From IMG/VR virus record IMGVR_UViG_3300011337_000463, positions 1-33,020 of that record: a stretch of DNA of 33,020 nt, one strand, 5' to 3'. Position numbers and translations under genes: made by a program. Shown piece after piece: positions 6,741 through 16,049 of the stretch (position 1 is its first letter; every line of letters starts with the position of its first letter). The notes under the pieces are model-generated. The model ran no database searches and was not told the origin of the DNA. It saw nothing but the letters and a program-made list of their open reading frames with translations. Source of the DNA: a virus. Lineage: Duplodnaviria; Caudoviricetes.

Positions 6741-8993
6741 CTACTTTTTTAAATATCTACTAACTGACATCCTGCTAATTCCTAATAATTCTGCAATTTT
6801 TGTACGGTTAAAATCAGGATTTTCCTCATAACATTTTCTTACAAAAGTTCCGTTATCAGTAGCAACAGAAATATTACTTTTTATTTTTGTAGTTTCAGCA
6901 CTATCTATTTTTATTTTTTTAAATTGATTGATAAAATACTTTGCTAATAAATCAGCTTTTAAAATAGTTTCTTTATTTATTTTAGTTTCTTTAATATCTT
7001 TTGAATTAAACATACAATCTAAAAAATGTATAATTAAAGCAAAACGAGGAATGTAAACCTTAATTTTTGCAATCATACTCTTATTGCTTTCTATTTCATC
7101 ATCTGAATTTTGAATTAAAGAATAACTATTAAATATCGCTATCCACGTTTTAAAGCCATCTGTTGACATTTTACAAACAAATGGTATAATGTTATCGTTT
7201 TCGTCTTTCTTTATAAACTGTGCAACGCTATCGCTTATTTTAATAATGCTATCACTCCACCATTCAGAAATATTATCTTCTAAATCAGTTAATGAAAAAT
7301 TTTCAAATGTTATTTTTTCAGGATAACAAAATAAAAACCTATCAATAAAACCATTTGCTATATTTTCAGTAGTAAATTGCTCATCTAATATTGTTGGTTG
7401 TATTCCTCCCATAACCGAAATAAAAGGCGATGCAATGTATAAATCAGGTCGAGATACTCTATTAACTATAATGCTTTCATTTGACCAAATAGATAGCCAT
7501 TTCTGTTTATCTGAACCATCCCTGTATTTATTCATATCTTTAAACCATCCATCGAGTTCGTCTTTAAAAACTCCGATTGATTTATTGCTTTCATTATGCA
7601 GGTTTATTAATGCTTCAATAGTTGTATCTTCTGCAAGTATTTGTTTTTTTATAGGTTTAGCAACAGGGACAAGTTGTGATTGTTCTTTTTTAGAAGCTTC
7701 AATATATTGCTCATATTCTTTATATTTGTTTAAATAATCCTCAATCTTTTTTTGATTAATTTTCTTTATTGGTTGTATAATTGGTTTGGTACTTGGTGTT
7801 TTACCAAGTCCAGCACGACCAACTAAAGCAATAAATAAAATTGGACTTTCTAACCATCCTTTTTTTGCTTCAATCTTCATAGAGTTACCTATTAAAATAG
7901 AAGTCATCCATAGTAAAGCACCAGACATAAAATCTTCATTTAACATTAATCGCTCTTTACAATGTAATATGTATTTTTCTACAACACTTGGAAATATCTC
8001 TAAAGGAAATTCAATAGATTTAATCTTATCACTTACAACGGGTATAACTTCTTTTACAAATCGACTTCCATAACCTTGTTTATATAAATCTGAAGCTGCT
8101 GCCTTAAAATCATCATTATGATGTTTTTTACAATATACTAAAAAAGGTGTATAAATTTTTTCAGCATCATAAATAGAACCTGTACTGTGTAGGTACATAA
8201 ATCCATTATCTTTAAATACATAACCTGAATGTGGCGAAGTTGCTCCGTTTCTTTTAATAACGTATTTTTTAGCATGATTACCTACAATTGTAAATTCATC
8301 ATTTATTAAATCTAAAATAGATATTTTTTGATTATAATCTTCCCAAGGCGTTAATTGACCAATATTATAAACTTTAGTATCTTTTTTAGGTTCAATAGGT
8401 TCTTGTTTAATATAGTTGTACATTTTTGAAAATGTCCAAAGTATATCCCTATCATTATCGGAAATATAATCAATATCTAAATATTCTTTTTTAGATACTT
8501 TATTATTTTCGTAAATAAAAACATAACCGTATTTACCTCTTGTTTCTATAATAGCTTCTGAATGTCCTTTTAACTTTGCTATTTTTGTATTTTTATCGCA
8601 TCGTTTTGATTTGTACAAAATATGATACCCATCATTCATAGTTTTGTAGATAACAAACTTGTCATCAAAATCTAAAATGTTATCACGTAAATAACCTAAA
8701 TATTCATTCCAGAAGTCTGTTTTTTCTTTAGCAGTTGAAAAGACTTTTAAATCAATATCAATAACTTCTAAATCTTCAAAACCTGTTATTATACCTACAT
8801 TTTTAGTAGCTTTAATTTCGTTTATAACTCCATCTGTATCTGTCCAGTTTTTCCCACCAGCATATTGATAATTTATTAAAAACTGCTCTTTAGTTAATTT
8901 TTCAGTTTGTTGTTTCTTCCAACCAAAGTTGGGTATCTTATTTTCTCCTACCGTTAGTAGTGAGAATTTTTCAAGTAATTTTAAATAGTACAT
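6741..8993 (-). CDS. Primase-polymerase / P-loop NTPase (DUF3987-like) replication protein with C-terminal HTH
   Basis: N-terminal VIDID, GYH, IETRG prim-pol motifs; Walker A GRAGLGKT; FKDELDG Walker B-like; C-terminal RTKIAELLGISRMSV. Confidence 0.82.
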   Translation of the reverse strand: MYYLKLLEKFSLLTVGENKIPNFGWKKQQTEKLTKEQFLINYQYAGGKNWTDTDGVINEIKATKNVGIITGFEDLEVIDIDLKVFSTAKEKTDFWNEYLGYLRDNILDFDDKFVIYKTMNDGYHILYKSKRCDKNTKIAKLKGHSEAIIETRGKYGYVFIYENNKVSKKEYLDIDYISDNDRDILWTFSKMYNYIKQEPIEPKKDTKVYNIGQLTPWEDYNQKISILDLINDEFTIVGNHAKKYVIKRNGATSPHSGYVFKDNGFMYLHSTGSIYDAEKIYTPFLVYCKKHHNDDFKAAASDLYKQGYGSRFVKEVIPVVSDKIKSIEFPLEIFPSVVEKYILHCKERLMLNEDFMSGALLWMTSILIGNSMKIEAKKGWLESPILFIALVGRAGLGKTPSTKPIIQPIKKINQKKIEDYLNKYKEYEQYIEASKKEQSQLVPVAKPIKKQILAEDTTIEALINLHNESNKSIGVFKDELDGWFKDMNKYRDGSDKQKWLSIWSNESIIVNRVSRPDLYIASPFISVMGGIQPTILDEQFTTENIANGFIDRFLFCYPEKITFENFSLTDLEDNISEWWSDSIIKISDSVAQFIKKDENDNIIPFVCKMSTDGFKTWIAIFNSYSLIQNSDDEIESNKSMIAKIKVYIPRFALIIHFLDCMFNSKDIKETKINKETILKADLLAKYFINQFKKIKIDSAETTKIKSNISVATDNGTFVRKCYEENPDFNRTKIAELLGISRMSVSRYLKK

Positions 8994-9000
8994 ATATAAA

Positions 9001-9093
9001 AAAATATATCCCTACGGTTTCGTTGTGGTGGCAACTACTCCCGTAAGGATAATTAATAATGCTTTTAAAGTATCAATTCCACCAAATTGATAT
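9001..9093 (-). ncRNA. Structured 5' leader with two kissing-loop hairpins
   Basis: Hairpin loops UGGUGG and CCACCA are perfectly complementary; TAAATTTG box at 9099-9106 just upstream. Confidence 0.65.
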
Positions 9094-9095
9094 AG

Positions 9096-9578
9096 CTACA
9101 AATTTAATAAATAGTTATCAAACCATTCTACAAAATCATCAAAAGTTTTAACAATTATGTATATTCCCATTGATTTTTCTATTGAGTTTTGATATTCTTT
9201 TTGAGCATCGGATTGCCTGTCCTTTGCCCATTTAATCTCAATCTTTACGGAACGCCCCTTTATTGTTGCCGAAATATCAGCTGTTCCTACGGTGCTTGTT
9301 CCTTTAGTCCATACGCCACTACCAATTGTGCGAACTCTACCTATAACGTCTGTAACTTGTTTTTTACCATCTCGGTATTGTCCTTGCGAACTAATGCGTT
9401 CTGCTTGGCAGTTATTCAAGGTTAAAAAATCTATTACTAAACGTGTTAAATCATTTGCTCCTGTTTCTTTTAACTTTGGTGGCGGTATAGCATATTCACG
9501 ACCTATAAAAGATGGATAACGCAGTAGCTTATCTTCAATATAAAGTTTTGTAAAACGTTCTTTGTTTTGTTTGTTCAT
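9096..9578 (-). CDS. VRR-NUC-like PD-(D/E)xK nuclease
   Basis: GTADI...KIEIK...RQSDAQKEY; start MNKQNK at 9578 follows the upstream stop. Confidence 0.75.
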   Translation of the reverse strand: MNKQNKERFTKLYIEDKLLRYPSFIGREYAIPPPKLKETGANDLTRLVIDFLTLNNCQAERISSQGQYRDGKKQVTDVIGRVRTIGSGVWTKGTSTVGTADISATIKGRSVKIEIKWAKDRQSDAQKEYQNSIEKSMGIYIIVKTFDDFVEWFDNYLLNL

Positions 9579-9579
9579 G

Positions 9580-9819
9580 TTATTTATATTCTTTATCAAA
9601 AATGTAATAAAATTTGTTTTGCATAGTTTGAAAGAAGTTGCTTTGTCTAACTGTTTTATTTTCATAAAACTTACTTAAAACTGGAAGCAAAAGATTCTGT
9701 AATTCTCTTGCTTTATCTTGTATTTCTTTTGTCTGTTTAGTAGGCGTCATTACTGGTTCATCAATTTCTTGAACCAGTAAATCAACCAATACTAACATTT
9801 TTGCTAATTTCTTTTGCAT
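9580..9819 (-). CDS. Hypothetical protein
   Basis: 79-aa ORF with TAATG overlap. Confidence 0.7.
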   Translation of the reverse strand: MQKKLAKMLVLVDLLVQEIDEPVMTPTKQTKEIQDKARELQNLLLPVLSKFYENKTVRQSNFFQTMQNKFYYIFDKEYK

Positions 9820-11999
9820 TAGAATAATGTTAATGTTGCGTTTTTTTCATCTACAAAAGCTTTATGATTATTTGAATTTAAAGAAAAATAGCTTTTTTTT
9901 AATTCTATTGATATTGATTTTCTATTCATTTTAATAGCAGAGCAACCCTCTGAACCAATACCTCCAAATGGACTAAAAACAGTTTCGCCCTCGTTTGAAT
10001 ATAAATGTAATATTCTTTCAATAGTATCTAATTGTAATGGGCATATATGTTTTTCATCATTGCCATCACGCCCAGACCGATATTGTAATGTTCTTGAATA
10101 ATCAATATCATACCAAACTGGAGAAGCATATTTCTGCCATAAATCAACAGGTAAATAATCAAATTTTGAACTATCTTTATCTTGATGAGTTATCGGAGTT
10201 TTATTTTCGCCTTCATTTCTAAAAAATAAAACATAATCAGGAATTCCAACTCTTGACATTACACTATCTTTTTTAATAGTTTTATGAAGTAATCCTAATG
10301 CTTTTGTTCTTTGCATTTCTGTTACTGGATTCTTCCAAATTGTAACTTTTGAATGATAAATAAATCCCTCCTCTTGAAACCAATTAATAAGCATTCCGCT
10401 AAAATCACGCAATCCAATATATCCTTCTTTTCCTTTTTGTATTGGCAAGTCCATACAATGAATAGCACAAATACGCCCGCTTTTTAAGACTCTTTTTAAT
10501 TGCGGTACTAAATATTTAAAATGTTCTTGAAATTGATTATAGTTGCTTACATTTCCCATATCCTCTTCTTTATCACTATAAACATATAATTCTGCAAATG
10601 GTGGAGAAAAAACAATAACATCAGCACAATTATCAGGAAGCTTTGCTGTTTCTTGTACACAATCTCCATTTATTAAATGGTAGTTTTCTGTTTTAATTTC
10701 TTTGTTCATAATTTTTACTTTTGATTTTGCTGTTTTATAATTTGTTTCTGCTGAATATAATGCCATTTCTCTGATTCTTTCAAAGTGTTGTTTTTCTTTA
10801 TCTAAAATAGTAGTTCTTACATTAGTTTGGCTTTCAGGAATAAGAATATGTACTTTTACTTTTTTCTTTTGTCCAAAGCGATAGCATCGTCTAACGGCTT
10901 GATAAAATGCTTCAAACTTAAAATCATAACTCATAAAAATCATATCGCTGCATTGTTGATAGTTCATTCCAAATGATGCAATAGATGTTTTTGTAATTAA
11001 ATTTTTAAATTCATTATCGGAAAAGCCATTTAAATATTTTGCTTTATATTCAGGAGCATCAGACCCTTGAACATTAATAGAATTATCTAATAACTTTGAA
11101 AGTGTATCAGTTTCGCTATTTTTTAATCCCCAAATAATACATTGATTATCTATATTATTTACAAGTTCTAAAGTTTTAGTAATCCTTAAATCAAAACTTC
11201 TATTCAAGTCTTTATGTAATTCAGTAGCAGAAACAGCTACATCGCAAAATAAAGACTGGCTTAAATTTTCAACTGGTATAATATGTTCAATATATTCTAT
11301 TTCAGGAAGAGTATAACCATCGCCATTAAATCCTAAAGTAATTGGATTATCAATAGCAATACTCCAGCTTGATACATACTTCCAAAATGCATCCTTTGCG
11401 TGCTTTCTTAATCGCCATTTTGAAGTTTCTCCTCCATCATGAACAAAGAACATAGCCAACATTTCTAAATAACTCATTCCTCCTAAAAATTCAGAATGTT
11501 GCCCTAATTCCATATGGTCATTTGGTGATGGTGTTGCAGTACAACAAAGCTTATAAGGAGTTGATTTAAACAATTCTAAAATTAAAGATGAAGTTTTGCC
11601 ATCTCTACCTTTTAAAATTGAACTTTCATCAAGTACAACTCCTGAATAAATAGAAACATCAATATTTTTTAACTGCTCGTAATTTATAATATCAAAATGT
11701 TTATTTTCAATATTAAATTTTTTAGCTTCTTTTTTTGTTTGTTCTATAATTGCCAAAGGAGCAAGTATTAATACTTTCTTTTTTGTTTTAATTGAAACTT
11801 GTTTAGACCATTCTAATTGACAAAATGTTTTACCTAATCCACAATCAAAAAATAAAGCAAATTTACCTTTAAATAAAGCTGTTTTTACTCCAAACTTTTG
11901 AAAGTCTTTTAATAATGGATTTAATTTATCTTCAGAAATATTAAACCCGCTTTCAATAAATGTTTTTCTTTTAGTTTCTAAAAAATTTGTATAATTCAT
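9819..11999 (-). CDS. SNF2-like helicase fused to a beta-class DNA methyltransferase
   Basis: GLGKT, LDESS, TATP, QAVRRCYRFGQ helicase motifs, then FSPPF, HICP and FSPFGGIGS MTase motifs. Confidence 0.88.
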   Translation of the reverse strand: MNYTNFLETKRKTFIESGFNISEDKLNPLLKDFQKFGVKTALFKGKFALFFDCGLGKTFCQLEWSKQVSIKTKKKVLILAPLAIIEQTKKEAKKFNIENKHFDIINYEQLKNIDVSIYSGVVLDESSILKGRDGKTSSLILELFKSTPYKLCCTATPSPNDHMELGQHSEFLGGMSYLEMLAMFFVHDGGETSKWRLRKHAKDAFWKYVSSWSIAIDNPITLGFNGDGYTLPEIEYIEHIIPVENLSQSLFCDVAVSATELHKDLNRSFDLRITKTLELVNNIDNQCIIWGLKNSETDTLSKLLDNSINVQGSDAPEYKAKYLNGFSDNEFKNLITKTSIASFGMNYQQCSDMIFMSYDFKFEAFYQAVRRCYRFGQKKKVKVHILIPESQTNVRTTILDKEKQHFERIREMALYSAETNYKTAKSKVKIMNKEIKTENYHLINGDCVQETAKLPDNCADVIVFSPPFAELYVYSDKEEDMGNVSNYNQFQEHFKYLVPQLKRVLKSGRICAIHCMDLPIQKGKEGYIGLRDFSGMLINWFQEEGFIYHSKVTIWKNPVTEMQRTKALGLLHKTIKKDSVMSRVGIPDYVLFFRNEGENKTPITHQDKDSSKFDYLPVDLWQKYASPVWYDIDYSRTLQYRSGRDGNDEKHICPLQLDTIERILHLYSNEGETVFSPFGGIGSEGCSAIKMNRKSISIELKKSYFSLNSNNHKAFVDEKNATLTLF

Positions 12000-12016
12000 A
12001 TATGTTTTGTTTATAT

Positions 12017-12358
12017 TTAAAAAGGTAAATCATCTTTATCATTAATTGAATTACTAACTATTTCAGCTTGATGTACTACTACATCATTTGCATTCCAAAC
12101 GGTTGTAAATCCTTCTCCAACATAAACGGTATCGGCTTTAGCTTCACGCTGCTCTTTTGTTTGAATAACACAAGCGAAATGCGTTTTATCAATTCTGTAC
12201 TTATCAGAAGTAAATATAGTTTTAGGTTCTTTTACCTCAACTAATTTAAACTTAACCTCTTGTACTTCTACATCTTGACCATCTTTGTTTTTGTAGTTAC
12301 GCTTTGTAACTAAATTTCTTAATGCCTGTGCATTTAATGTAACTTGAATTTCTGCCAT
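12017..12358 (-). CDS. Probable single-stranded DNA-binding protein
   Basis: Acidic DDLPF C-terminus; adjacent to exonuclease and annealase. Confidence 0.65.
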   Translation of the reverse strand: MAEIQVTLNAQALRNLVTKRNYKNKDGQDVEVQEVKFKLVEVKEPKTIFTSDKYRIDKTHFACVIQTKEQREAKADTVYVGEGFTTVWNANDVVVHQAEIVSNSINDKDDLPF

Positions 12359-12363
12359 AGTTT

Positions 12364-12981
12364 CTAATATTTAATTGTTTTTATAAATTCTCTAACTTCT
12401 AATACTTTGTTTTGCAACTGCTCAATAATTTCTGCGTTGTATTCTATATTAAAATGCTTAATTCTATATTTAGCATCCATATCATCATAGTTGTGTTTTT
12501 CTTCATACGTCAACTCATCTGGAGTGTTTAACAATACATAAACTAAACAAGCTTTTGTGCATCCCGTTAAGTGCATATAAACCTGTAATTGATAGTAATA
12601 ATCTTTAGTTGGTATATCGTTATCAAACAAAGGAAATGTATAACAATCCCAGCTGCATTTAGTATCGTAAACAACACCATCTACAATTAAATCTGGAGTT
12701 CCACAAAAGTAATTATCTTCAAAAAATTGCTCATTCTTAATAGCAAACGACAAATCTAATAATTCAATAGTTTTATCAATCGCTTCATCCTCTAACCATA
12801 AACCTTTAGATAAATATTTGTTATTGATATTTTTTCTAAATCCGTAGATTTGTTCTTTCATCCAATCGTAAACATAACTTTTAGTTGTTTCCGATAGTGT
12901 TTCAGACTTTGCTCTTGGAGCAGTCATAAGTTTACCAGCAGCAGATGCCCTAATTTTAAATAAGTTGTTTTGCGTTTTCAT
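12364..12981 (-). CDS. YqaJ/lambda-exonuclease-like recombination nuclease
   Basis: IRAS, GLWLEDEA, GTPD...DTKC, YYYQLQVYM. Confidence 0.82.
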   Translation of the reverse strand: MKTQNNLFKIRASAAGKLMTAPRAKSETLSETTKSYVYDWMKEQIYGFRKNINNKYLSKGLWLEDEAIDKTIELLDLSFAIKNEQFFEDNYFCGTPDLIVDGVVYDTKCSWDCYTFPLFDNDIPTKDYYYQLQVYMHLTGCTKACLVYVLLNTPDELTYEEKHNYDDMDAKYRIKHFNIEYNAEIIEQLQNKVLEVREFIKTIKY

Positions 12982-13579
12982 CTGATAAATTGTATTTAGT
13001 TCTTATTTGTTCAATTGTATAATTTCCTGTTGCAACAGCTTGTTTAACCTTATACCAGTTTGGATGCTCTGGAGTTAGTTCAATCAGCGTTAAATCTAAT
13101 TCATAACTTATTAAATCTTTACGGTTTAAATCTGCACCGAATAATTTCCCAAACATATCACAAGCATCTTTTATAGCTATTGTTTTAGCAACAGGAAAAG
13201 CCATTGATAACGCTCCATTATTTATGTTTGCTAAATCCGATGGCGATGTTCCTTTTGCAGTTTGTAATTGACAAGCACCAATACCATCATGAAACAACCA
13301 AGTATTATCAATCGGATGTAAATAGTGAACTCTAACTGTTACCCATACGCCATTAAATGATTGACCTTGTCCAGTAATTTCAATCTTATAAGTTTTAAAG
13401 ATAGTTTTTAATAAATATTCTATTCGTTCAATAGGTAAGTATTTATAACCTCTGATAAACGTATGCTCTTTTACCCATTCTTGTTTTGGTGGCTGGTTCA
13501 TTAAAGTAACAAATACGTCTTGTTTTTGTGTTGATAATTTATCAGAATAAATATCTACAATTTTAGGTAAGTTTTTCAT
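12956..13579 (-). CDS. Single-strand annealing protein (Rad52/Sak-like)
   Basis: YLPIERIE...AKTIAIKDACDMFG pattern; next to the exonuclease. Confidence 0.62.
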   Translation of the reverse strand: MKNLPKIVDIYSDKLSTQKQDVFVTLMNQPPKQEWVKEHTFIRGYKYLPIERIEYLLKTIFKTYKIEITGQGQSFNGVWVTVRVHYLHPIDNTWLFHDGIGACQLQTAKGTSPSDLANINNGALSMAFPVAKTIAIKDACDMFGKLFGADLNRKDLISYELDLTLIELTPEHPNWYKVKQAVATGNYTIEQIRTKYNLSDENAKQLI

Positions 13580-13758
13580 ATTAAATAATTGTCTTTTAAA
13601 AATCTATTAATTTCATCGATGTGTATTTTACGTTGGTAATTTTTTCCAACTGTTGTAATTAAACCTAAAGCAATTTTATTATAAATAGTCTTTTTACTCA
13701 TCGGTGTATGTTCGTTAATCTTACCAAGTGCCTCTGTAATGGTGTAATACTTATTCAT
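13576..13758 (-). CDS. Excisionase-like (MerR-type HTH) DNA-binding protein
   Basis: YYTITEA...SKKTIYNKIALGLI...RKI pattern; ATG 13758 preferred. Confidence 0.65.
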   Translation of the reverse strand: MNKYYTITEALGKINEHTPMSKKTIYNKIALGLITTVGKNYQRKIHIDEINRFLKDNYLI

Positions 13759-13918
13759 TTTTTTTAAATTTATAATTATACTTTTGTTTAATTTCAGCAG
13801 CACGATTATGAAATGTATGTATTATCTTTTTAATTTCAAATTCAATTTGGTTTGGGTCAAACCTTGCAGTATCAATTCCATGTTTGTCGCAAAAGGCGTA
13901 ATAGTTTTGTAAGTTCAT
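13751..13918 (-). CDS. Hypothetical 55-aa protein (not in ORF track)
   Basis: MNLQNYYAFCDKHGID...; fills an operon gap; A-rich leader. Confidence 0.6.
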   Translation of the reverse strand: MNLQNYYAFCDKHGIDTARFDPNQIEFEIKKIIHTFHNRAAEIKQKYNYKFKKNE

Positions 13919-13923
13919 AGTTT

Positions 13924-14094
13924 TTAGTTTTTAATTAATTTTTTAGTTTTATAATCGATAGTTACATAATGCCAGCCATCTTTTATTTTTTGCAACTCCT
14001 GTTGCTTTGCAATCTCTAAAACTTTATAAGCTTTATTTTTTATATCTTTAATTTCATCAAAGATTGTTTTTTCGTTGTTTGTTTTTTTACTCAT
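13924..14094 (-). CDS. Hypothetical 56-aa protein (not in ORF track)
   Basis: MSKKTNNEKTIFDEIK...; ATGA overlap with the upstream gene. Confidence 0.6.
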   Translation of the reverse strand: MSKKTNNEKTIFDEIKDIKNKAYKVLEIAKQQELQKIKDGWHYVTIDYKTKKLIKN

Positions 14095-14336
14095 CTTAAA
14101 TTGTTTTTTAAAGTAGTTAGTTGATTTGCCATATAAGTATGTTCTAATTGTTTTGATAAATCAATAAGAAAATCTATTTTTTCAAATGCTTTTGCTTTTT
14201 TTTGCTTTGCTAAATTTATAGCAAAGTACAAAGGTTCTATTTCTTCAGTTGCTAAATAATGTTCTAAACAATCTGAAATATCAACCGAATCAAAAAATGT
14301 TTCGTGTTGCTCTGTCGGGTCAATTCCTAAACTCAT
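14091..14336 (-). CDS. Hypothetical protein
   Basis: 81-aa ORF with TAATG coupling. Confidence 0.65.
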   Translation of the reverse strand: MSLGIDPTEQHETFFDSVDISDCLEHYLATEEIEPLYFAINLAKQKKAKAFEKIDFLIDLSKQLEHTYMANQLTTLKNNLR

Positions 14337-14551
14337 TATGCAAATAATTTTAAAAGGTTAATAAAAGAAACGCTTTCTTTTGTAGTAGCGTCTAATAATC
14401 TAAAAGCATCTCCGATTGTAAGTTCTACAATAAAATTACTGTTTTTTAATTTTACTTTTAAATCCTTTACAATCATAGGATAAGTGTCTGCTTCTTTTTC
14501 TAACTGTTCTTTGTATTCAGGTAGTAGTTTTTCAAAAAGTGTTGCTATCAT
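14336..14551 (-). CDS. Hypothetical protein
   Basis: 71-aa ORF in the early operon. Confidence 0.65.
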   Translation of the reverse strand: MIATLFEKLLPEYKEQLEKEADTYPMIVKDLKVKLKNSNFIVELTIGDAFRLLDATTKESVSFINLLKLFA

Positions 14552-14637
14552 AGTTCAAAAATTAAATTGATTAATATTCTTCCAGTAAAATAGCACAGTA
14601 TTACTAATGCTATTTGGTATTGTGTTTGTCTTTTCAT
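14548..14637 (-). CDS. 29-aa hydrophobic peptide, first gene of the early operon (not in ORF track)
   Basis: MKRQTQYQIALVILCYFTGRILINLIFEL; ATGA overlap; directly after the promoter. Confidence 0.55.
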   Translation of the reverse strand: MKRQTQYQIALVILCYFTGRILINLIFEL

Positions 14638-14660
14638 AATATTTAGTTTTTAATTATAAG

Positions 14661-14692
14661 CAAACTTACAACAAATTACACAACCTTGCAAA
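14661..14692 (-). promoter_or_regulatory. Early promoter, Bacteroidota consensus
   Basis: TTTG-N20-TAAGTTTG on the - strand. Confidence 0.8.
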
Positions 14693-14702
14693 CTTTTACA
14701 CA

Positions 14703-14721
14703 ATTTATATTAATTCTAAAT
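14703..14721. promoter_or_regulatory. Palindromic operator, Fur-box-like, in the divergent control region
   Basis: ATTTATATTAATTCTAAAT; similar to 9-27. Confidence 0.5.
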
Positions 14722-14762
14722 AATATTTTTTTATTCCGATTATTATTATTTACTTTGTAAGT

Positions 14763-14975
14763 ATGATAAAAGGTAAAATATTAATTGAAGAAGAAGAAAA
14801 CCAAGCTTTTAGAAATTTCTATTTTAACGAGAATAGTTGTGATGGCTGTTACATTATAGATGAAGAATTAATGGGAGTTATTTTAAACGGTCAAGAATAT
14901 ATTTTAGAATACAATAATTCTATTTTTGAAATGCTTAAAAATGTTATGCAATTAAAAACATTAAATCTAAACTAA
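14763..14975 (+). CDS. Hypothetical protein
   Basis: 70-aa ORF, first of the rightward block. Confidence 0.65.
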   Translation: MIKGKILIEEEENQAFRNFYFNENSCDGCYIIDEELMGVILNGQEYILEYNNSIFEMLKNVMQLKTLNLN

Positions 14976-14978
14976 ACC

Positions 14979-15443
14979 ATGTTGGATGAACTTTGCAAAA
15001 GAGATAACGAATGGCGTAAAATGGCTATGTTCTTTTGTAAAAATAAAGAGGATGCAGATGATTTAGTCCAAGATATGTATATTAAATTTGCAAATTATAA
15101 TAAACCATTAAACGATAATTACATTTTTTTTGCTCTTAAAAGTTTATTTATTGATACTAAACGTAAACAAAATAAATATATAGAAATATCAATAGACGAT
15201 TTAAGTAATTTTAAACAACTAAATAATGAATACTGTTTGGAATCTGATATGTTTAATGAAATTACGTTACATAAAATAGATAAACTACCTTATTTTGAAA
15301 GAGAATTATTAAAAATAACAACGCAAGAGATAAGCCAGCGTGAACTTGCACGACAAACGAATATTAATTTAAGAGTTATACAATCAACTGTTAAACAAAC
15401 TAAAATACAATTATGGGAAGAACTAAAAAGATTAAAGGATTAG
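14979..15443 (+). CDS. ECF-like RNA polymerase sigma factor (late gene regulator)
   Basis: Region 2 DADDLVQDMYIK; region 4 SQRELARQTNINLRVI. Confidence 0.8.
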   Translation: MLDELCKRDNEWRKMAMFFCKNKEDADDLVQDMYIKFANYNKPLNDNYIFFALKSLFIDTKRKQNKYIEISIDDLSNFKQLNNEYCLESDMFNEITLHKIDKLPYFERELLKITTQEISQRELARQTNINLRVIQSTVKQTKIQLWEELKRLKD

Positions 15444-15742
15444 GCGATGTAATTGCAACAGTTACCGAAGCTGTTGGTATTGAACCCTGCACCGGATGTA
15501 ACCAAAGGAAAGAAAAACTTAACAAACTATTTCCGATTGGAACTAAAGAGTTAAGCGATGAACAATATGATTATTTAACACACTTCTTTAAAGCTGATTA
15601 TAAAATATTAAATACCGAACAACAAATACAACTTATGAATATTTATTGCTATGCTTATAATTATCAAGCATTTGAACCTTGCGTTAATTGTAGCGGAGTA
15701 TGGAAGTCTATTATAAGTAAGTTAAGAAAGTTAATTGAATAA
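15413..15742 (+). CDS. Hypothetical protein with two CxxC motifs
   Basis: CTGC and CVNC. Confidence 0.7.
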   Translation: MGRTKKIKGLGDVIATVTEAVGIEPCTGCNQRKEKLNKLFPIGTKELSDEQYDYLTHFFKADYKILNTEQQIQLMNIYCYAYNYQAFEPCVNCSGVWKSIISKLRKLIE

Positions 15743-15767
15743 ATTAATCAATTAATTTAGATTAATT

Positions 15768-16049
15768 ATGGATAAGAGAAAATTAAACGGGGGACATTCA
15801 ACTAAACCTATAAATCCAAATGATGGAAGATTATCTACAAAATCAGATAATCAAAAGCTTATTGAAAATATAAGTCCTTATTCTGAAAAAGCACATAGTG
15901 TACTTGGAGAAGCAATAGATAGAGGAGAAAAATGGGCAGTTGAATTATGGTTCAAATACTTTTATGGTATGCCTAAACAAGTAATTGACCAAAATAGTAA
16001 TGTTAATATAAGTAATTTTAATTTAAAAGATATAATTAATTTTAAATAG
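15768..16049 (+). CDS. Probable terminase small subunit
   Basis: Position directly before terL; MDKRKLNGG and YFYGMPKQ patterns. Confidence 0.6.
   Translation: MDKRKLNGGHSTKPINPNDGRLSTKSDNQKLIENISPYSEKAHSVLGEAIDRGEKWAVELWFKYFYGMPKQVIDQNSNVNISNFNLKDIINFK

Noticed and set aside
2868-10222. + strand ORFs at 2868, 4769, 5502, 7435, 7786, 9189, 9292 and 10037
   Set aside because: Antisense shadows of well-supported - strand genes
13576-14760. Lysogeny switch (cI/cro, integrase)
   Set aside because: Only an Xis-like HTH is present; no repressor or recombinase recognised, so lifestyle is undetermined
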